From Promethearchaeum syntrophicum (GTDB taxonomy: Archaea > Asgardarchaeota > Lokiarchaeia > Sigyniarchaeales > Promethearchaeaceae), in the NCBI RefSeq assembly GCF_008000775.2, contig NZ_CP042905.2, forward strand, positions 270,001 to 302,000: a DNA stretch of 32,000 bases, given 5' to 3'. The notes below the pieces were generated by a model. The model saw nothing but the letters and a program-made list of their open reading frames with translations. It had not been told where the DNA came from and made no database searches. Position 1 is the stretch's first letter; each line of letters opens with the position of its first letter. Shown in pieces: positions 1 to 9,960 of this stretch. A program made the translations under genes and the position numbers.

Positions 1-140
1 AACGATTTACGATAATCTAACTAGATTACAAAATCATAATTTAATTCGTAAATTTTCCCGTCCTACAAATTCCCGCGGAAGACCGTTGGTATTTTTTAAA
101 TTAGTAGATGAGGATTAGAAAATTTTAGAGGTAAAATATC

Positions 141-284
141 ATGGAGACATTAAATCAAATATTCTTAATCGGTGATACAACATATCAACGAGTTTTCAAC
201 AGAAACAACGAAGCTAATCTAATTGAAGTAAAAACTCCTGAATATTTAACATTAAAACAATCTAAAAATAGTATTTATAACTAA
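141..284 (+). CDS. possible small ORF, 47 aa (METLNQIFLIGDTTYQRVFNRNNEANLIEVKTPEYLTLKQSKNSIYN)
   Basis: Read by hand: ATG at 141 preceded by a GAGG-like RBS, stop TAA 282-284. Below the ORF track length cut-off. No homology claim. Confidence 0.25.
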   Translation: METLNQIFLIGDTTYQRVFNRNNEANLIEVKTPEYLTLKQSKNSIYN

Positions 285-357
285 ATTTTTTAAAAAATTA
301 ATATCTTGAAAAGAAATTTTTTTTCTTTTCTTATTTATAAAGTGTTATTTACATCAT

Positions 358-570
358 ATGGTGATAATCGAAATGGGATTCCAAACAAACTTTCAACAAA
401 ATAACATCTATCATACGATAGAAAAAAGGCTTATTAGCATTTTAGATAAGGAAAACGCTCAAACAACTCAAAATTATAATAATTATATAATTCCTTGCAC
501 AAATTTAACAATAAAAAATTATAATGGTCTTTTAGATGTATTAAATCGAAAAATTTTAAATATAAAATAA
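358..570 (+). CDS. hypothetical small protein, 70 aa
   Basis: ORF track only; no recognisable motif and no clear RBS. Confidence 0.2.
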   Translation: MVIIEMGFQTNFQQNNIYHTIEKRLISILDKENAQTTQNYNNYIIPCTNLTIKNYNGLLDVLNRKILNIK

Positions 571-992
571 TAATTGTTGTCTTTTTTCAGGATTCAAAAT
601 TTGAAATTAGAGTTCCTCTGGAATAATTAACCTCATAATATAAGATAATCAATAAGATAATATCTTTTGGAGAGGGGTTTGGTGGCAATTGGAACTGAAA
701 TAAATAAAATTAGAATAATAATTAATATATTAAAAAAATAAAAATACCACATTTACAGCTTACTTATTCTATATTTATATTATTCTATCTTTTAACTAGT
801 TTGATGATGTGGTTTGGTTAACATTCTAATATGGTTAAATTAATATTTTTGTCGAGTTCGATCTTTTTTTATTTAGAATATTTCATATTTAAATGAATCT
901 AAATTGAAAAAATAAAAAACTAAGAATAGTTTTCCAATGGAAACAGTACCACTTTTCAAAAAAATTTCATATTAAGGAGAATTCAGAAAAAT

Positions 993-2185
993 ATGGAAGA
1001 AGTTGAAAAAAAAGGAACTTCAGGCAAAGTTATTGTGTTTGGAATTTTCCTGGCGACTTTCTTTTGTAGTTTTCGGGACAAGTTAATGATTTAATCACAG
1101 TTAAATATCTTCCGGCACAATTTGCTGGGGATTCAGTTATGTTTGCTTTTACTTTTTCAGCTTTCTCATTAGGTAAAATTTTAACAATGATTTTATTTGC
1201 TAAGTTAAGTGACCGAATTGGGCGTAAAAAGATTTTACTTTTAGCGTTTTCGTTGTATTCTTTAGGGACTTTTTTAGCAGGTATTGCTCAGACTCCACTT
1301 CAATTTATGATTTTTCGCTTTATCAAAGGAACAAGTGCATTTGAAGGAGTAGTATTAGCCTTAATTAACGATTATTATAAAGAGGGAGAAAGAGGAAAAG
1401 CTATGGCAATTTTTAGCGCATCCTTTGGAATTGGTGCTTTAATTGGATCAGTTTTGGGCGGTTACTTTTTAATTTGGTTTGAATACAAGACATCTTTTTT
1501 TATTTTAGGCTTTGTTACTTTGTTATCAATTTTATTCGTTTTTCTTTGTATTTCTAATCATCCTGATCAGAAAATCGAAATCATAAGAAAAACATCTGAA
1601 TATCTCAAAAAAGAAAGGAAACTTCGATTGAATAAGACTTTAAAGACAAAAAATTACATTTTAGCCGTAATAATAAATTTCCTCTTAATGTTTTGTCTTC
1701 AAGGGATATCAACTTATATGATTTTCATCATTCTAAATCATTATTTGATTCTTGAAGAACTCTCAGGATTAATCCTATTTCCAATTACTTTTTCATATAT
1801 CTTTTTTGCACTTGTAATGGGGAAAAAGGAAAACCCAATTAGAATAATTCGTTTCGGTCTAATTATTTTAACAATAAGCTTGTTTTCGGTGATAATTTTG
1901 AATTTTTATGATTTTATATTAATATTTGTAATCGCTGCAGGAATTTCCTCAAGTGCTTTAGGTGCAATCACTCCTGCTGTAGATAATTATATCTCAAGTT
2001 TCATACCAAAATCAATTCGAGGAGAAACTTTAGGAATTTATCGATCACTTTCACTAATTGGAAGCGTTTTTGGAGCTATAACTGCAGGATATTTAGGAAA
2101 TGTTTCTTGGATTTTTTCACCATTTTTAGCGATGGCATTTATAGCTTTAATTTCTTTTCTTGTTAGTTGGGTTTTTTTAAAATAG
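993..2185 (+). CDS. MFS transporter, apparently frameshifted near its 5' end
   Basis: ORF 1139-2185 has multiple TM helices and MFS motif A (AKLSDRIGRKK). A strong RBS (AAGGAGA) precedes ATG 993 encoding MEEVEKKGTSGKVIVFGIFLATFFCSF (TM1), which then needs a shift at ~1067-1091 to enter the 1139 frame. Confidence 0.8.
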
Positions 2186-2255
2186 ATTTTTAAAATCGAA
2201 AAATAAAATAAGATAAGAGAGGAAATATTACTATTTTTTGAGAGGGAGATAAAAA

Positions 2256-4607
2256 ATGGCGTTAACAACATCTGATGAATTACATAAGCAATTAACAGTA
2301 ATATTTGGATTTTCGGGTCAATTAGATATTGAAGTTGGGGAAATTATCGGAATAGGAAAACTTTCTGAGCACGAAACTAAGAAATTGACTCAATCTGTTC
2401 TAAGATTTTTAAATAATTATAATTCTATGCTTAAAGATTATGCAGGTTGTACGCTTTATTCAATTGAATTTGAATTAGAAAATCTAGGAAAACGAAATTT
2501 AGTTAGTTTAATGCCTAAATCAATGTTATTTATTCCCGGGTCGTATAAAGATTGTAATACTTTAATGTTATTACTCGCTCCAGAAATGAGTCTAGTTGAT
2601 TATACTAAATCAAGAGAAGCAATAGACGATTTAGGAAAGCTATATTTTGAAGTAGAAGAAGCAATAGATCGACCTGAACTCGAAAAAGAACAAAGACGAA
2701 AAGTACTAAAAAATTTTGCTAAAAGATTTGCTTTGAAATTGCAAGGGAATGTAATTAAAGGTAAATGGAATCGCAAAATGATCGGTATAACTTCGGGGAT
2801 TAAAGAAGACCTATATTTATCCGTCAATATCCAAAAGGAAGTTAAATGGAAAAATAAAGAAATTATCCCCTTAAAATCAAGTTTTTCTGTTCCTCGCCTT
2901 AATTTGATGAAAAAAGAACAATTTGATTTTATGAAACATTGGTTAAACCAAAGTACATCATTAGTAATTGCAAAAAATACATGTAAATTGACTGCAAATT
3001 TATTACAACTCGCTAATACCGGAACAATTAGTGAAACTCAAAAGCAGATACTAATAGCTTTCTTAAAATCTTTTATAGATTATTCTGAGCAAAATAAAAA
3101 ACTTGTAACATTTGATCAATTCAAAAGTGAAATTGAATCATTTTATACAATATATGAACAATATTTGGAGAATTTTAAAGAAAAATCAACTAACTTTATA
3201 AAAAGTGGAGAGATAAAACCTCTAAATGAGATAAATTCTTTGTATTTGAATATTTTAACTGAAAAGGACACTACATCTGTAAAAGAGAAATGTATAAATA
3301 ATCTAGCCAAAATTACCCATAATCATATATTCACTACAAAATATCGCTATCATTCTCAAGAAAAAGTTCGATCCTCCGAGTTTACAAATCCTATATTAAA
3401 TATTGAACAAAATACGCAATTAGTGTTAAAAAAAATTAAGAATGCAGTACCTTTCTATATTCAACATTATCTTTTTGATAGTTTTTTTAGTAACCTTTTA
3501 GAAATGTTGCAAAAAGAGTTTGATCTAATTAATAATAAATCAATAAAAGCATTAAGTGTAAAATTTTTAGAAAAATACGAAGATTACCTAAAAAATGAAT
3601 TAGAAAAATCATATTCTCAAATTGTTGCTACAAACCAACGAAATATTTATCTGAAATTTAAAGAGATTGCTAAAAAAACTATAGAGCCATTTATTAATTC
3701 AGTAAATATTGAAATTAAAGATTTAGTTGATTTCTGTAATATTATTTTATCGGATAACCTTGAAATGCAACCATATCTTGAACATTTGAAGAAATTTCAG
3801 GATGAAATCGATTTCTTATGGGGTTTTATTTTGAGATCATCTACTTTTCAGCGATTTTTAAAAGAATATCCAGAAGAAGAAATATTTGATCCTGAACACT
3901 TTGCTAACCGATTTATTGATTTTTTACAAAAAAAACGGTTAGGTGGGCTCCAATTAGAATGGAAAAATTATATTTTCCAATGGATTAACACATATAAATA
4001 TGAGTTTCAAACGAAATACACGAAAGATCAAGAAGGAAAAATTATTTGGCCTAAAACTAAAATAATTTCAAGTTTTATCGATTTTATTGGTAAGAAAGTA
4101 GAAGAAGAAACTACAATCCAAGGATTTTTAAATCCATTGAAAAGATATTTGGACAATATTGCAATGTCAAATATAAAAAATAAATTTGTTTTAGAAATTC
4201 TAGAAGCGTATAAATTAAGTTTAGAAATTGTACAGCAATTTCCTGACTATTTAAGGCAAGTTTTTAATAAAGCAATTGAAAATCGTCAAGAAAAATTAAT
4301 GCCACAAACAATTTCCGCCTATATTGGGGCTATACCAGATTTAGATAAAATTTTATCTGAAGAAATTGAAGAAAAATCACAATTTCTTGCTATAAAAAAA
4401 AGCCTTTATGCGTTTATCATTGAAACTGAATTAAAATATTATTCAAAGCTGTTAGCTAAACCAAAGCAGATTATACTTCAAAATTTAGATAATGAATTAT
4501 TCCAAAAGAAGATATTACAACATCGAATAGAATTTGATACATTAGGCGATAAATATATGAAAATGTCCATTTTTTCAAATTTCAAAGATGTTTATCCACG
4601 ATATTAA
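2256..4607 (+). CDS. large protein of unknown function (783 aa)
   Basis: Long ORF with a Shine-Dalgarno-like GAGGGAG upstream; no recognised domain; followed 14 nt later by another large ORF. Confidence 0.85.
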   Translation: MALTTSDELHKQLTVIFGFSGQLDIEVGEIIGIGKLSEHETKKLTQSVLRFLNNYNSMLKDYAGCTLYSIEFELENLGKRNLVSLMPKSMLFIPGSYKDCNTLMLLLAPEMSLVDYTKSREAIDDLGKLYFEVEEAIDRPELEKEQRRKVLKNFAKRFALKLQGNVIKGKWNRKMIGITSGIKEDLYLSVNIQKEVKWKNKEIIPLKSSFSVPRLNLMKKEQFDFMKHWLNQSTSLVIAKNTCKLTANLLQLANTGTISETQKQILIAFLKSFIDYSEQNKKLVTFDQFKSEIESFYTIYEQYLENFKEKSTNFIKSGEIKPLNEINSLYLNILTEKDTTSVKEKCINNLAKITHNHIFTTKYRYHSQEKVRSSEFTNPILNIEQNTQLVLKKIKNAVPFYIQHYLFDSFFSNLLEMLQKEFDLINNKSIKALSVKFLEKYEDYLKNELEKSYSQIVATNQRNIYLKFKEIAKKTIEPFINSVNIEIKDLVDFCNIILSDNLEMQPYLEHLKKFQDEIDFLWGFILRSSTFQRFLKEYPEEEIFDPEHFANRFIDFLQKKRLGGLQLEWKNYIFQWINTYKYEFQTKYTKDQEGKIIWPKTKIISSFIDFIGKKVEEETTIQGFLNPLKRYLDNIAMSNIKNKFVLEILEAYKLSLEIVQQFPDYLRQVFNKAIENRQEKLMPQTISAYIGAIPDLDKILSEEIEEKSQFLAIKKSLYAFIIETELKYYSKLLAKPKQIILQNLDNELFQKKILQHRIEFDTLGDKYMKMSIFSNFKDVYPRY

Positions 4608-4621
4608 CAAGATGATGACTT

Positions 4622-7066
4622 ATGGGAGAAATAGTAGCCGTTAGGAGAAGAAAAATTGCCGAAGAGGGAATTCAGCGATTTTTTCAAAGCATATATCAAA
4701 TCCTAAATCATTTCAAAAGTAAATATGATAGAGAATTTCTGTATAAAATAACAACAGAAGAAAATACTCTTACTAATCTTATTATTGGTTCAACAACAAT
4801 CCATATTTATCATTTTCTTGGAATAAGAACTAAATCAGATGAAGAAATGGTTTCACGCACTAGAAATATAAAAGCTTTTCAAAATGCTGAAAAAAAAGAA
4901 ATATTCTCAGAACTACTTGATTTAGTCGGGGATTCAATCAATTATGAATTGGAATTCTTTAAATTATCGATAGATTATGAGGAACAAATTCTTAAATCAA
5001 TGGTTTCAGGAGAAGATCTTAACGAACGGTTTACCCTTAAATTAAGTGAACAGATTGAAGATCATATTATTGAATCCTTAAATAAATATCCAATTTCATA
5101 TTGGATTGATCATATTGGAGAATTGACAGGTTATTCAGAAGTTGTAAAAAATCAAATATTGACCGAAACAGCTGGACTCAAAATAATTGGAGCAGATTTA
5201 GAAAGAAATTTGATTGAAGAAGGGCGTAGAGATCAATACCTTGAATTAACGACATTTTCTCAATTAATTAAAAAGGCAAAAAAAGATTTTGAATTTACAT
5301 CTATTCGCGATTTAAAGATAGAAACTTTTCCAATAAAATTGATGACTAATCAAATTATAAAATATGTTATGAATTTATATCCGATTAGTACTCGAGGAAT
5401 ACATCAATATCTAAAAGCCACTGATTTAAAGAAAAAATTATTTGCAGAATTATTGGCAGCAAATAAGAAATCAACTAATTATATGAAAATGGAAGAAAGA
5501 ATCTTAAGTGAAATAAAAACAGAATTAAAAAATCAAGCTAAGTTAGATCCTAATGATTTTGTATATTTCATTCAAAATCTCTTAGAACTAAATTTTGAAG
5601 AAACATTTGCTTTATTATCTCGTTTGGGAATAGATAACGTTGCTTTATTTTGTCATGTGCAAAATTTTGATTTAGAAATGTTCTTTGAAGATATAAAATT
5701 AAATCAACTTTCTAAAATGTCTTTTATGAAAGTTGGGAAAAAGGAAAATGAACTTCAAAAAGTTGAGGATAAATTAAACGAGTTGAAAAATCGCGGGAAA
5801 ATTAAATCCGGGCTTTCAGGACAAGAATTAGTTTTAAATCCTACTCCTGAGGGGGATAAAATTATTGAATTAGCATGTCAAATGGCTAATGTAGATTGTG
5901 AAAAATATAAACAATTGTGCAAAAAGAAGCAAATTATTATTGACATAATACAGAAAAAATACCCATTAAAGGGACCATATTCTTGTTATTCTATGGTATA
6001 TGACCTTCCAGAGATTTATCAAAATTTAAGTCGACATGTTTATTACAAATACATCGAAAAGGTTTGTAGACATATTGCAAGGGTTTTAGAGACATATATA
6101 AAAATTAAAGAAGATAAAGGATTATTTTTGCAAGGATTAAGAAGGATTTTTAATTCTACTGAAGAAGAAGAATGGGTTGTAGTAAATATTGAAGAACTGA
6201 TTATTCAGAGAATAATGGATCGACAGCAAGAATTATCTATAATTTTTAATGCTGAAACAGATGCATATCTTGTGAATTCTTTCATTCTAGCTAGATTATT
6301 AGATATCGATCTAAAATCTGCATTGAACATGTTAAAAAATGAACCAAGCTCAGTTTATAGAAATTCGGCTGAATTAACGCTTCCAAGAGAACTAATTTCC
6401 CCAAGATCTTATATTATTGCATATGATATATTAACCAGATTCAAAGAACATCAAGAATTATTATTAATGAAGAAGGAGCAGGTTTTCGAATCTAATAAGG
6501 AAAAAAAGTTACAATATGAAAAAGATGTTCAAAAAGCTCGAACTTTAACAACATTGAATTGGATAGACAAGAAAATTACAAGTGGTCTAATTTCTATTTC
6601 TGCAACAACAACAAATCCAACTAAGTTATATTGGAACGAGAAAGATCAAAAAATTACCTCTGAAAATTTAAAACTTCACAGTGAACTTGAAAATATTAAA
6701 ATTTGTTCTGTATGTGGAAAAGATTTAACTAATTCTCCTTGTTCAGATCATCCTGGAAGCGAAAAGGAGGCAAATCCTGTTGATTTATTTGCTAGCTTCT
6801 ATTCTTTTGCTTTAAGTAGAATAAAATTACATTGGAGTAAAACTAAATTACCAACTTATGAAGCGATTTATAATGAAGTTTTAAATTGGGTATTAGAAAT
6901 AACAGAGAAACGTTTAGGGAAAAAAATCAATCCAGAAGAAAGTAAAAATCTCCTTGAAGGCGAACGTCTAGAAGTTTCGAATAAAATAGCTAGTTCCATT
7001 GGAATTATTCTAGATAAAGCACTTTATAAGAAATTTAAGGCAAGTATGAAAACTAGGAAAAATTGA
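4622..7066 (+). CDS. large protein of unknown function with C-terminal zinc-ribbon-like motif (814 aa)
   Basis: Long ORF closely spaced after 2256-4607; contains CSVCGKDLTNSPCSDH (CX2CX8CX2H) near the C-terminus. Confidence 0.85.
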   Translation: MGEIVAVRRRKIAEEGIQRFFQSIYQILNHFKSKYDREFLYKITTEENTLTNLIIGSTTIHIYHFLGIRTKSDEEMVSRTRNIKAFQNAEKKEIFSELLDLVGDSINYELEFFKLSIDYEEQILKSMVSGEDLNERFTLKLSEQIEDHIIESLNKYPISYWIDHIGELTGYSEVVKNQILTETAGLKIIGADLERNLIEEGRRDQYLELTTFSQLIKKAKKDFEFTSIRDLKIETFPIKLMTNQIIKYVMNLYPISTRGIHQYLKATDLKKKLFAELLAANKKSTNYMKMEERILSEIKTELKNQAKLDPNDFVYFIQNLLELNFEETFALLSRLGIDNVALFCHVQNFDLEMFFEDIKLNQLSKMSFMKVGKKENELQKVEDKLNELKNRGKIKSGLSGQELVLNPTPEGDKIIELACQMANVDCEKYKQLCKKKQIIIDIIQKKYPLKGPYSCYSMVYDLPEIYQNLSRHVYYKYIEKVCRHIARVLETYIKIKEDKGLFLQGLRRIFNSTEEEEWVVVNIEELIIQRIMDRQQELSIIFNAETDAYLVNSFILARLLDIDLKSALNMLKNEPSSVYRNSAELTLPRELISPRSYIIAYDILTRFKEHQELLLMKKEQVFESNKEKKLQYEKDVQKARTLTTLNWIDKKITSGLISISATTTNPTKLYWNEKDQKITSENLKLHSELENIKICSVCGKDLTNSPCSDHPGSEKEANPVDLFASFYSFALSRIKLHWSKTKLPTYEAIYNEVLNWVLEITEKRLGKKINPEESKNLLEGERLEVSNKIASSIGIILDKALYKKFKASMKTRKN

Positions 7067-7130
7067 ATCGCGTTTTAAAACAAATCGAACTATAAAATTT
7101 TTATTACTTTTTCATTTTTTCATCTTAATA

Positions 7131-7391
7131 ATGGATCTAAATCTCTCTAAAATTAATAAAAAATTTTTGATTAAAGGAGCTATTTACGCACTAATGTTAA
7201 TGGTTGCACCAATTTTGGGTATTTTAATGCGTAGCGGTGGTTCTAATCAATATCTAATCTTTGGGTTTGTAGCGGCTATCAATATTATTGCAGTAATCGG
7301 TGTTTTTAAAATGTTGAAAGATGATTTATTTGAGGAAGAAAAAGAAGAAATCCATGATAAGAAAAAAAAAATAACAGAAACAACTAAATAG
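7131..7391 (+). CDS. small membrane protein (two predicted TM helices, charged C-terminus)
   Basis: 86 aa; hydrophobic segments FLIKGAIYALMLMVAPILGILM and YLIFGFVAAINIIAVIGVFKML, then an EEEKEE/KKK tail. Confidence 0.6.
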   Translation: MDLNLSKINKKFLIKGAIYALMLMVAPILGILMRSGGSNQYLIFGFVAAINIIAVIGVFKMLKDDLFEEEKEEIHDKKKKITETTK

Positions 7392-8247
7392 TTCTTAAAA
7401 TTTCCCTCCAAGGTAAATTGGGATTTCCGTATTTTTTAATTTCTTCATTAATTTCCTTTAAAACTTCAGGACTATAAATCCATGCGTCATCTTTATTAAA
7501 AGATAAACATTTTACATTTAAACCACGAATATTAAGTATTCTTCTTAAAATTAAAGCATAAAAAGCAATTTGTGGTAGAGATCTGAGGAAATAACCTTCA
7601 GGTTTGTAATCTGCTATGATCAAATTTTCCCCCTTTTTATCGTAAAGTAATAAATCTATATGTCCTGTTATTGACTTAGAATAAGAAAAATCATAATCAT
7701 TTTTTCCAATATTCATGTAATCTGTTAATTTTTTTTGTTTCCTTAACCATATTGGCGTTTCTATTGATAAAGCATTCCCAAGTTTTAATAAAATTGCCGT
7801 TAAGACAGAATCATGAGATGGTTTATAATAAGAATCTGGATCTTTTTCAAAATCTTCAAAACTTTCATTTACAATATCTAACAAATTATGGACCCATTTG
7901 TAATCCCCAATTTTAGAAGTAGGAATTGAATTTATTCGATTTATAGAACCTGTTTCTAATAATTTTTCCGATATTATTTTGTGAGCACCGCGGTTTAACT
8001 TGGTAATTTTAAAATTTGAACAACGTGTGATTTTTGAATCATTAAATAAATCAAGTGCGATTTGTTTTTTTAGAATTAAATCAAATAGACCATTTATTTT
8101 AGTCTGAATTGGTTTGGACATGAGCGAAATCACGTTTTGACGCTTTGCTAATTTAAATTCATATTTGATTCCAGAATGAAAAAATCTTTGAATTGATATC
8201 GTGTCTGTATTCTTATTTTTCAAATAGTTTTCACCAAATATCTCCAT
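7384..8247 (-). CDS. PD-(D/E)XK (RecB/Cas4-like) nuclease-fold protein, paralog 1
   Basis: Motifs SIETPIW, TGHIDLLLYD, LIIADYKP, LPQIAFYAL (D, DxK, QxxxY). Confidence 0.7.
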   Translation of the reverse strand: MEIFGENYLKNKNTDTISIQRFFHSGIKYEFKLAKRQNVISLMSKPIQTKINGLFDLILKKQIALDLFNDSKITRCSNFKITKLNRGAHKIISEKLLETGSINRINSIPTSKIGDYKWVHNLLDIVNESFEDFEKDPDSYYKPSHDSVLTAILLKLGNALSIETPIWLRKQKKLTDYMNIGKNDYDFSYSKSITGHIDLLLYDKKGENLIIADYKPEGYFLRSLPQIAFYALILRRILNIRGLNVKCLSFNKDDAWIYSPEVLKEINEEIKKYGNPNLPWREILRTI

Positions 8248-9029
8248 ATCAGATTAGGATTTCCGAATCTTTCTATGTAATAGGGGATTTGTTTCTTAAT
8301 AATTTCTGGATCATAAATCCAAAGTTTATCTTTACTAAAAGAAATACACTTAATCTTATCCAATTTCAACATTTTTTTTATAAATAACCCATAGGTGGCC
8401 ACTTGAGGCAAGCTTCGTAAAAAACCATTTTCGGGTTTGTAATCTGCTACGATTATGCTATTATCCAATTCATCATACAAGAGAAGATCAATATGTCCTG
8501 TGAATAATTCTCCGGTGATACATGAAAATTCCGTTCTTTGAATTAATTTAGTCCTAAATGATTCCAAAGTGGAGCTCCATATTGGGATTTCTATACTTAA
8601 GCTATTTTCATTTAATTCTAAGATCTTTTGAAGGATAGGACCATGTTTCGGATTTTTTTTCATCTGATAATAAAAAATATCATACCAAATTCTTGTCATT
8701 TTTACCAAATTAACAATACTCTTGGAAACGTCTTTGGGGGTATTTTCATCATTAACAAGAGTTACATAGTTATTTTTTATGAGCTCCAAAGAAATTTTTT
8801 TTAAACCATCTTTATCTAAATTCTTAAGTTTAAAACTTGAGCATCGTAAAATTTCTTTACTATTGAATAATTTTTCGGGGTATACATTCGAGCAAACTAA
8901 ATTATAATACTTAATTAATTTGTTTCCAAAATTTTGGGCAATGTTTGGCAAATGATGGCGATTTTCAACCCATTTAAACTCATATTCAACCCCGCCTTGG
9001 TAAAACTTTCGAGTTTCTATCTCAACCAA
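8220..9029 (-). CDS. PD-(D/E)XK (RecB/Cas4-like) nuclease-fold protein, paralog 2
   Basis: Motifs SIEIPIW, TGHIDLLLYD, IIVADYKP, LPQVATYGL; similar along its length to 7384-8247, same strand, overlapping by 28 nt. Confidence 0.7.
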   Translation of the reverse strand: MVEIETRKFYQGGVEYEFKWVENRHHLPNIAQNFGNKLIKYYNLVCSNVYPEKLFNSKEILRCSSFKLKNLDKDGLKKISLELIKNNYVTLVNDENTPKDVSKSIVNLVKMTRIWYDIFYYQMKKNPKHGPILQKILELNENSLSIEIPIWSSTLESFRTKLIQRTEFSCITGELFTGHIDLLLYDELDNSIIVADYKPENGFLRSLPQVATYGLFIKKMLKLDKIKCISFSKDKLWIYDPEIIKKQIPYYIERFGNPNLIWRYLVKTI

Positions 9030-9067
9030 CTTTTCTCAAATATGAAGTAATAGCATAACTTTTAAGA

Positions 9068-9079
9068 GTTAACGTTAAC
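9068..9079. promoter_or_regulatory. perfect 12-bp palindrome GTTAACGTTAAC in a divergent intergenic region
   Basis: Direct reading; lies between the starts of 8220-9029(-) and 9092-9571(+). Regulatory role is speculative. Confidence 0.25.
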
Positions 9080-9091
9080 GGATTATTTGAT

Positions 9092-9571
9092 GTGATGAAA
9101 AAAATTCCAATAATCGGGATGACAAAAAAATTTCATCCAAAAAAAAGTCTTTCACTTGATTATATAGCTAAAAATGTAGATAGAATAAACTTTCTAAACA
9201 AAATTCTTCCCACAGATCAAATTGAAGTAAAATCTATAAATAAGGATTACATTCAAATTGTTTACAATAAACCATTGAATTATCAGATTATTTCTGAATT
9301 AAAAATTGAAATGGATTTAAAAATTGAACAACAAATTCCTGATGAGATATCCCCATTAATTTGGAATTTCTCAACAAAGAATTCTTCTCATTTTTATGAA
9401 TATTCAGGAAGAATAAGAGCAAAAAGGGTCGGGAAAGACATTAAAATTGGCTTATTTATTTATGAAATAAAATTAGATAATGAAAATATAACCAAATTCG
9501 GGCTTCGAGCCATGAAAAATATCATAAAAGAATTAATTCTACAGATTTTCCAAAATCTAACTAAATTATAA
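9092..9571 (+). CDS. hypothetical protein, 159 aa
   Basis: ORF track; no recognised domain. Confidence 0.55.
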   Translation: MMKKIPIIGMTKKFHPKKSLSLDYIAKNVDRINFLNKILPTDQIEVKSINKDYIQIVYNKPLNYQIISELKIEMDLKIEQQIPDEISPLIWNFSTKNSSHFYEYSGRIRAKRVGKDIKIGLFIYEIKLDNENITKFGLRAMKNIIKELILQIFQNLTKL

Positions 9572-9626
9572 TAAAAAAAACAATAAAAACAATAAAAAAG
9601 ATGAAAAAAATCAATATATAGATAGT

Positions 9627-9884
9627 TTATTCACATGCTGCAATATCTGCGGCAGTTACTCTCTTTCTCTTGTCACCTTTGACAAGTTTAACAGCTTCTT
9701 TCGTAACTTCTTTAGCTGCTTTTGTTAATTCTTCGATCAATAAAATTACTGCATCTTCAGCTACTAATCCTGCGCCTTCATTCTTCATTAATCGTCGAAT
9801 TGGTGCTTTAGCAATGTAGGCGGATCGGTTTTTGGTTGCTGCTTTCTTTTTTGGTGCTGCTTTTTTCTTAGCCATATTTTTCAC
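9627..9884 (-). CDS. archaeal histone with basic N-terminal tail
   Basis: IAKAPIRRLMKNEGAGLVAEDAVILLIEELTKAAKEVTKEAVKLVKGDKRKRVTAADI matches the archaeal histone fold pattern; preceded by MAKKKAAPKKKAATKNRSAY. The real start may be the internal M four codons in. Confidence 0.93.
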   Translation of the reverse strand: MKNMAKKKAAPKKKAATKNRSAYIAKAPIRRLMKNEGAGLVAEDAVILLIEELTKAAKEVTKEAVKLVKGDKRKRVTAADIAACE

Positions 9885-9950
9885 ATCATTAATTTTTTAT
9901 AAAAAATATCCTCCGCGATGATAGGATATAAATACAATATCACAAACTCA

Positions 9951-9960
9951 CTATATAAAT
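9951..9960 (-). promoter_or_regulatory. candidate TATA box for the histone gene
   Basis: CTATATAAAT on + (ATTTATATAG on -) about 70 nt upstream of the histone start. Confidence 0.3.

Noticed and set aside
7384-9029. CRISPR-associated Cas4 assignment
   Set aside because: No repeat-spacer array, no other cas genes, and no C-terminal Cys cluster in either protein.
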